From NCBI RefSeq assembly GCF_000025505.1, contig NC_013849.1:930001-962000 (forward strand): a stretch of 32,000 nucleotides of DNA, written 5' to 3'. The notes under the pieces were generated by a model, which was given only the letters and a program-made list of their open reading frames with translations, did no database searches and had not been told where the DNA came from. Shown in pieces: positions 26,789 through 32,000 of the stretch. Both the position numbers and the translations under genes were made by a program. How positions within the stretch are numbered: the first letter of the stretch is position 1; each line of letters begins with the position of its first letter. Source of the stretch: Ferroglobus placidus DSM 10642. Its GTDB lineage: Archaea > Halobacteriota > Archaeoglobi > Archaeoglobales > Archaeoglobaceae.

Positions 26789-27774
26789 AAGGGTAAAGAG
26801 TCGAGGAACCTCAGCCTCTTGGGAATCGGCGGGTGCGTTGATAAGAACTCTTCGATCGGATTCACCTTGGCTCTCTTTATACTTTCTATGTCGACGTAAG
26901 GAGAGGCTACAGCCTGAACGAAAGCGTAGATGAAGAGGGTTCTGAATTTGTCCGTCGCTATAATCTCGTGGTAGTCGGGATAGCGGTGGTAGAAAGCGTG
27001 GATCTTCGCCAAAGCGTATTGCATGCTCCTTTTTCCAGCTGCTAAAGCACCTTCGAAGTCGGCGTAGTATTCCCTAAGCCTGCTGAAAGCAAGAACCAAG
27101 ATCTGAACCAAGAAAGAAGCTACGACTGCCGCAAATCCGAGCAAAGCAAGTTGATTTCTCCTCTCGCTCAGAGATGAGTGGATAAGCATGTAGCCGAGGT
27201 AGAAGATTATCGACGGAAGCAAGCCGAAGAGTAGCATCACCGCGTTATCTCTATGCTTGTGATGCCCTATCTCGTGCCCGATAACCGCCTCAAGCTCCTC
27301 CTTTGACAGCATTTTCAGCATTGAATCCGTTACAGCCACAAACTTCCCAGTTAGGAAGTTTCCGTAGGCAAAGGCATTCGGCGGTCCTCTTACGATCACA
27401 GCCTTGGGAGGCTTTACCCCAAGCCTGTTAGCGACGACATCAACAACCCTCTGAAGCTCCGGGCTTGGCTTAGCAGAGTAGCTCATGTTTATTATGTACG
27501 GAGAAGCCACGTACATCAGCAGGTTCACTATCAGAACGAAAATAGCTATACCCACGAGACTGAAGTAGTATCCCGCAAGGCTGAGGATTAAGTAGATTAT
27601 CAGAGCCGAAATTCCGAGAATCATCACCGCAAGTATTGCCATCGAAGTGTATAGGGAAAACCTTCCCGAAAATCTTCCAGCTACCTTAGGGGCTACTGTG
27701 CTTGCTAAGAGGAACATTATAAGGTATCCGAGCACTCCGAGCATTATGTAAATCGGATCGAATATCAGGAGCAT
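26785..27774 (-). CDS. htpX: M48 family zinc metalloprotease, HtpX-like
   Basis: 329 aa. LEAVIGHEIGHHKHRDNAV (HExxH), multiple TMs, LREYYADFEGALAAG. Confidence 0.93.
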   Translation of the reverse strand: MLLIFDPIYIMLGVLGYLIMFLLASTVAPKVAGRFSGRFSLYTSMAILAVMILGISALIIYLILSLAGYYFSLVGIAIFVLIVNLLMYVASPYIINMSYSAKPSPELQRVVDVVANRLGVKPPKAVIVRGPPNAFAYGNFLTGKFVAVTDSMLKMLSKEELEAVIGHEIGHHKHRDNAVMLLFGLLPSIIFYLGYMLIHSSLSERRNQLALLGFAAVVASFLVQILVLAFSRLREYYADFEGALAAGKRSMQYALAKIHAFYHRYPDYHEIIATDKFRTLFIYAFVQAVASPYVDIESIKRAKVNPIEEFLSTHPPIPKRLRFLDSLPF

Positions 27775-27810
27775 GTTCTATTATTTTCGCTGTCTGAATA
27801 AAAAGCTTTC

Positions 27811-28155
27811 TCAGATGTAATGCTTTCTGCTCTCCTTATCCTCCCTGTCTATGGCTAAAAGGACTGCGTAAAGCCTCTCAGCTACCATTCTAAGCTTTCT
27901 CAGATCCTGATAAAATATAGTGAATGTAGCATAGGGGTGTCCGCAGGGATAGTCGTACTTCGTTATGGGGCAGTTTTTACAGCCGAACTTCTGGTATTTG
28001 AGGCAGAAAGAAGTTATCTGGATGGAAACTTCTTCGATGGCTTCGAGAGCTTCTAATATCGACTTCCACTTTTTTAAGGCAACCTCAATATCATCGTGAC
28101 CTTCTTCAAGCTCTTTTTCCATATCTTCAGCTGTGTAGAGCTTAACCTCCTTCAT
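27811..28155 (-). CDS. Conserved hypothetical cysteine-containing protein
   Basis: 114 aa. ...SFCLKYQKFGCKNCPITKYDYPCGHPYATFTIFYQDL...; Cys pattern C-x7-CxxC-x8-C; coherent coding frame in a gene-dense region. Confidence 0.7.
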   Translation of the reverse strand: MKEVKLYTAEDMEKELEEGHDDIEVALKKWKSILEALEAIEEVSIQITSFCLKYQKFGCKNCPITKYDYPCGHPYATFTIFYQDLRKLRMVAERLYAVLLAIDREDKESRKHYI

Positions 28156-28254
28156 AAATGTAGTTACACTCTTGAGATGTAAAGTTTATCCCCCAGATAG
28201 AGTTTTATATCGCGAGAGAGAAAATTTGAATATAAGTTTTTAAGGTGATGCCCG

Positions 28255-28767
28255 GTGAGGAGAGCAAAGCTCATCAACGACGTGATAGAGTTCATTCCGA
28301 TCTTGCAGCTGTTCTCGTCGGAAAACTACAGAAGAGTCTACGAAATACTCCTCGACGGCTGGAAAACTATAGACGAGCTTAAAGCAGAGGTCGGCGAGAA
28401 TGTAGAGGAAGCGTTAAAGATTTTAAAAAAGGCTGGTATGCTTGGCTCTAAATGGAGAATGCCAGAAGATCCGAAGAGTAAACCGGAAAAGGAGTACCAC
28501 GTGAGCTTCACTCACCTGAGCGCTAATTTTTACTGCTCCCTCAAGGACTTCAACACAGTGCTCGACGTGATTTTCATGAGCGACGACGAGTTCGAAGACT
28601 ACGTTGACTTGATAATCGAGCAGATAAAAGCCGGAAGGATGTCTATTCAGCACATAAGTAAAGAGACCGGTCTCGACCCCGTTTTTATTAGAGCCGTTGC
28701 CAAAAAATCCCTTAAGCTAAACCTGAAAGGGCAGCTCGTGGAGATAGCCAAGGATGAGGAAATATAG
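28255..28767 (+). CDS. HTH transcriptional regulator (ArsR-like, archaeal type)
   Basis: 170 aa. FSSENYRRVYEILLDGWKTIDELKAEVGENVEEALKILKKAGMLGSKWRMPEDPKSKPEKEYHVSF... Confidence 0.75.
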   Translation: MRRAKLINDVIEFIPILQLFSSENYRRVYEILLDGWKTIDELKAEVGENVEEALKILKKAGMLGSKWRMPEDPKSKPEKEYHVSFTHLSANFYCSLKDFNTVLDVIFMSDDEFEDYVDLIIEQIKAGRMSIQHISKETGLDPVFIRAVAKKSLKLNLKGQLVEIAKDEEI

Positions 28768-29008
28768 CCTGAGAGATCTGATAAACAAGGTCATATGGCA
28801 CCCAGAACTCGATAGAAAAAAGCTCGAAATCAGATTTATCGACCGTCCAGAAGGCGTCTCAGCTATTAGGGGAGATGAAATTGAAGAAGTCGGACACAAA
28901 TTCGTTTTTGCTCACGTTCCAATTCCTTACCACAGGATCGTCGAAGTAAGGTACGATGGGAAGGTAATTTGGAGGAAGGGAGAAAAAGTCGATCTCAGCC
29001 GAATATGA
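28754..29008 (+). CDS. DUF504 / UPF0248 family protein
   Basis: 84 aa. LRDLINKVIWHPELDRKKLEIRFIDRPEGVSAIRGDEIEEVGHKFVFAHVP.IPYHRIVEVRYDGKVIW. Confidence 0.85.
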   Translation: MRKYSLRDLINKVIWHPELDRKKLEIRFIDRPEGVSAIRGDEIEEVGHKFVFAHVPIPYHRIVEVRYDGKVIWRKGEKVDLSRI

Positions 29009-29489
29009 GCCTGAAGTAACCTATGTACGGGATTCTGAACTTCGCCACACCCACGATCCATTCCGGTTTCACCGGCTGAGAAATAAAGGGTTGGTCGTAC
29101 ATGGAGTTTGCGTCCCCCTTTGTTATGTAGCCGGAGTGTTTCGCAATAACTCCTCCCGGAAGCTTTTCTCCAGCTTCAACCCATCTTATAGCTCGATGAA
29201 TGATGGGAGTTCTGCTCGTGTCTCCGTTTGGATAGTAAACTATCACATCCCCGTAATCCCCGAAGCTCTTGTAGTCTATCTTCATACCCTCCTCGTAGGT
29301 TACGATCTTAGTCCTATCTTTGCCCACGAGAATTACCACGTCTCCTTTGTGTATGTGCGGCTCCATGCTTCCAGATTGGACAGCCACCATAAAAGGCCAA
29401 GCGCCAGTTAAAATATATCCCGCAGCAGCTATAACCGCAACAGTAATTAACGTCGATACCACATCTTTGATTAGCCCTTTCAGATTCAT
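28995..29489 (-). CDS. Signal peptidase I (S26 family)
   Basis: 164 aa. VAVQSGSMEPHIHKGDVVILV, GDVIVYYPNGDTSRTPIIHRAI, YITKGDANSMYDQPFI. Confidence 0.93.
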   Translation of the reverse strand: MNLKGLIKDVVSTLITVAVIAAAGYILTGAWPFMVAVQSGSMEPHIHKGDVVILVGKDRTKIVTYEEGMKIDYKSFGDYGDVIVYYPNGDTSRTPIIHRAIRWVEAGEKLPGGVIAKHSGYITKGDANSMYDQPFISQPVKPEWIVGVAKFRIPYIGYFRLIFG

Positions 29490-29509
29490 TGGCTTCGTGG
29501 TGAGAACGA

Positions 29510-30976
29510 ATGGTAATTAAAACTATCGACACAAAGTTTCTGGTTAAAAAATTCGCCGTCTACGGCTACAACCTCCACCCTTCAGCGGTTGAGGAGCTGA
29601 GGAATTGCAGCGTAAGCATTGATGATCTTCTCAAGGAGCTCCAGAGAATTTGCGACGGAAAGTTCATAATAACGGCTGAAGACATAAGGGAAGCTGAAAA
29701 AAGAGCCAGAGAAAGGTACTCGAAGAGATTGACCGTGAAAAAGGAGACCGCTGAAAAGAAAGAAGAGAAGGTTTGCGGGGAACTTCAGATACTGAAAGAC
29801 GTTACCGGCAGATCGACCTGCAGAGGAGACGTTGAGGACTTCATCGCTTACTTCAACTCCCGTTACGAAAAAATTCTGAGGATTTTGAGAGGCAGAGTTA
29901 ATCCCGTTCCGGTCTCATCTCTCTGGAAGCTCAGATCCGAGAAAGTCGACGTCGTCGGAATCGTGAACGACGTAAGAGAGGTTAACGAGAACACGGCGAT
30001 AATTGAACTTGAGGATAAAACCGGAATCGTCAACGTCCTTGCCAGCGGAAAAATAAAAGAGGAGGCTATGGAGTTAGTAGGGGACGAAGTCATAGGAGTT
30101 TCCGGAACCATAAACGGAAACAGAATAATTGCCGATAGAATAATTTTCCCCGACGTTCCGATAAACAACGGGAGGAAGAAGAGGAGCTTCAGAATGGTTT
30201 TCATCTCCGATATTCACTTCGGAAGTAAGACGTTCCTCAAAGAGGAGTGGGAGAGGTTCGTCAGCTGGATAAACTGCGAGAGCGGAAACGAAAAGCTTGT
30301 AGAACTGGCTGAAGAGGTTAAATACGTCTTCGTCGCTGGAGATGTCGTTGACGGAGTTGGAATTTATCCGGAGCAGGAAAAGGAGCTTGAGATAGTCGAC
30401 ATCTATCAGCAGTACGAAACTGCAGCAGAATACTTCGACATGATAAGAAAAGACGTTAAAATAATAGTTTCTCCCGGGAATCACGATGCTGTCAGACAGG
30501 CTGAACCTCAGCCAGCTTTGCCTAAGGAGTTCTCGAGCCTGTTTTCCAACAACGTCGTTTGCGTTGGTAATCCGAGCATGATAGACGTCAGCGGAGTTAA
30601 AGTTCTAATGTACCACGGAAGGAGCTTAGATGATTTAATATCGAAGATTAACAGACTCAACTACGCTAAGCCCCAAGAAGCTCTCTTCGAACTGCTGAAA
30701 AGAAGACACCTCTCACCGATGTACGGGGAAAGAGTTCCGATAGCTCCGGAAAAAGAAGACTACCTCGTGATCGACGAAGTTCCGGACGTACTACACTCCG
30801 GACACGTCCACACATACGGCACGGGCTTTTACCGCGGAATTTTCGTTGTTTGCTCATCCACCTGGCAGAGCCAAACTGAGTTCCAGAAAAAAGTGAATCT
30901 GAATCCCATGCCAGGCATAGTTGCCGTATACCAGCCGGGAGGAGAAGTTGTGAGGCTGAGGTTCTACAGCGAATAA
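29510..30976 (+). CDS. polB: DNA polymerase D (Pol II) small subunit DP1
   Basis: 488 aa. OB-fold region VDVVGIVNDVREV...IIELEDKTGIVNVL, phosphoesterase motifs FISDIHFGSKTF, VFVAGDVVDGVG, VSPGNHDAVRQAEPQPALP, LHSGHVHTYG. Confidence 0.97.
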   Translation: MVIKTIDTKFLVKKFAVYGYNLHPSAVEELRNCSVSIDDLLKELQRICDGKFIITAEDIREAEKRARERYSKRLTVKKETAEKKEEKVCGELQILKDVTGRSTCRGDVEDFIAYFNSRYEKILRILRGRVNPVPVSSLWKLRSEKVDVVGIVNDVREVNENTAIIELEDKTGIVNVLASGKIKEEAMELVGDEVIGVSGTINGNRIIADRIIFPDVPINNGRKKRSFRMVFISDIHFGSKTFLKEEWERFVSWINCESGNEKLVELAEEVKYVFVAGDVVDGVGIYPEQEKELEIVDIYQQYETAAEYFDMIRKDVKIIVSPGNHDAVRQAEPQPALPKEFSSLFSNNVVCVGNPSMIDVSGVKVLMYHGRSLDDLISKINRLNYAKPQEALFELLKRRHLSPMYGERVPIAPEKEDYLVIDEVPDVLHSGHVHTYGTGFYRGIFVVCSSTWQSQTEFQKKVNLNPMPGIVAVYQPGGEVVRLRFYSE

Positions 30977-31006
30977 TTTTTATACACTTGAAGAAGAGTT
31001 CGAAAA

Positions 31007-31888
31007 ATGAGAGTAGCGCTCGCTTTAGCTTTAATCCTGCTCCTATCAGTTGCTAACGCCCAGAATCTTACGATAAACATTGTAAACTACGAAGGAGGAG
31101 TTGTGAGCGTTCAAATTTTTGGAGAGAACTTTTCAATCAACAAAACCTTCCAAAATTCATCCGTAACTTTCCCGGTAGAGCCGGGGAACTATCACGTGAT
31201 AACAATTTATAAGAATTTGAGCATCGTGAAAAACGTCAACGTAACTAACGACACAACGCTCTACCTTACTTTCGAAGAAACGAACGACGTTTCATCTTTA
31301 TTCTACTTGAACAGACACGTTATTGTAGGAAATGGAGAAGTGGTGGAGATTGACGTAATTTACAACCCAACCGAGAAGTTCTTCAGAGGAGACTTAGAAA
31401 AGATAATTCCGAAAGACGCGAAAAATCTCTCAATTCTGGAGTTTACTGGAAGACTCGAAGATTTTTCTGTGGAGGACAACAAGATCTTTTACAAGAGCGT
31501 TGTTATTCAGCCAAATTCGAGCATTAGAGCAGTTTACCACTACTTCTTCGACTCCAATGAAATGATTCTGAGTTCTGAACTTGAGACGAAACAGCTCGTT
31601 CTATTCTTACCTCCGGACGTAAACGCAATTTCAGAAGACCTGAGCTTTGCAGGAACTCACGCTCTCGGAAGCGCAACTTACAACATCTACACAGCTACCA
31701 ACCTCTCAAAAGGAAAAACCATAGAAGTGAAATTCGAGAGAGCTGAAGTTAAATCGGAAGAAAGAAAAAGCGGCTTTAATTTCTTCTTTGTTGTCGGAGC
31801 AGTTTTAATTCTCGCCGGAGTTGCTCTCTACGTCTACAGCAAAAAGAAGGAGGGCAAAGCTGAAGAGAAAGAAGAATGGAAAGTTTAG
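31007..31888 (+). CDS. Exported protein with C-terminal membrane anchor
   Basis: 293 aa. Signal peptide MRVALALALILLLSVANAQ, C-terminal FNFFFVVGAVLILAGVALYVYSKKKE; many N-glycosylation-like NxT/S sites. Confidence 0.8.
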   Translation: MRVALALALILLLSVANAQNLTINIVNYEGGVVSVQIFGENFSINKTFQNSSVTFPVEPGNYHVITIYKNLSIVKNVNVTNDTTLYLTFEETNDVSSLFYLNRHVIVGNGEVVEIDVIYNPTEKFFRGDLEKIIPKDAKNLSILEFTGRLEDFSVEDNKIFYKSVVIQPNSSIRAVYHYFFDSNEMILSSELETKQLVLFLPPDVNAISEDLSFAGTHALGSATYNIYTATNLSKGKTIEVKFERAEVKSEERKSGFNFFFVVGAVLILAGVALYVYSKKKEGKAEEKEEWKV

Positions 31889-31915
31889 ATTTATAGCTTT
31901 TGGGTGATGTAGGAA

Positions 31916-32000
31916 ATGAGAGAAAGAGTTCCACCAGGGCAGAGAGTTGTTGATAAACTCCCCGTGCTGCATTACAGTGACATTCCGCATATCGACATAA
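31916..32000 (+). CDS. Sulfite oxidase-like molybdopterin-dependent oxidoreductase, N-terminal fragment (continues past right edge)
   Basis: MRERVPPGQRVVDKLPVLHYSDIPHIDI... resembles the conserved PPGQ..v..fPVLHyGd.P N-terminus of this family. Partial. Confidence 0.65.
   Translation, partial: MRERVPPGQRVVDKLPVLHYSDIPHIDI

Noticed and set aside
29314-29532. Minus-strand ORF overlapping signal peptidase, and antisense ORFs in the PolD small subunit gene (29863-30204, 30074-30484, 30666-30857)
   Set aside because: Shadows of well supported genes (S26 peptidase, DP1).
1-32000. CRISPR array, cas genes, rRNA or tRNA genes, inteins
   Set aside because: No regularly spaced direct repeats of CRISPR type, no Cas signatures, no tRNA-like TTCGAATC/cloverleaf segments, and no intein blocks noticed while reading; absence is by eye and should be confirmed with dedicated tools.

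Overview
This window is archaeal and most consistent with the Archaeoglobi. It encodes a PolD small subunit, CheF/CheD/CheC-type chemotaxis proteins, C/D box guide RNA signals, and TATA/RBS-type upstream regions. No rRNA, tRNA or CRISPR array was seen. Layout: (1) 1-9 kb is a plastic surface-protein region on the minus strand. It holds three signal-peptide proteins (one running off the left edge) that share promoter, signal-peptide, central and C-terminal modules. They are interspersed with a decayed IS transposase, start-less coding relics, and an intact VapBC-like AbrB/PIN pair. (2) 9.2-17.0 kb is a complete archaeal chemotaxis operon, mcp-cheW-cheF-cheY-cheB-cheA-cheC-cheD-cheR, with a winged-HTH gene upstream. 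No archaellum genes lie in the window. (3) 17.8-32 kb is mostly core or accessory metabolic genes: an exported protein, site-2 protease, TtuA/NcsA-like thiolase, SlyD-like FKBP, CYTH protein, a TusA plus CCG/Fe-S plus membrane cytochrome-like redox module, ABC-2 transporter, metallo-hydrolase, HtpX-like M48 protease, signal peptidase, PolD small subunit, and the start of a sulfite-oxidase-like protein. The most notable unlabelled features are two back-to-back C/D box sRNAs at about 21974-22084 with the same 12-6-12 box spacing, the duplicated promoter/leader of two surface genes, a C-terminal domain shared by two otherwise different surface proteins, and the TusA-linked redox module. I did not find strong evidence for an entirely new defence or mobile system.
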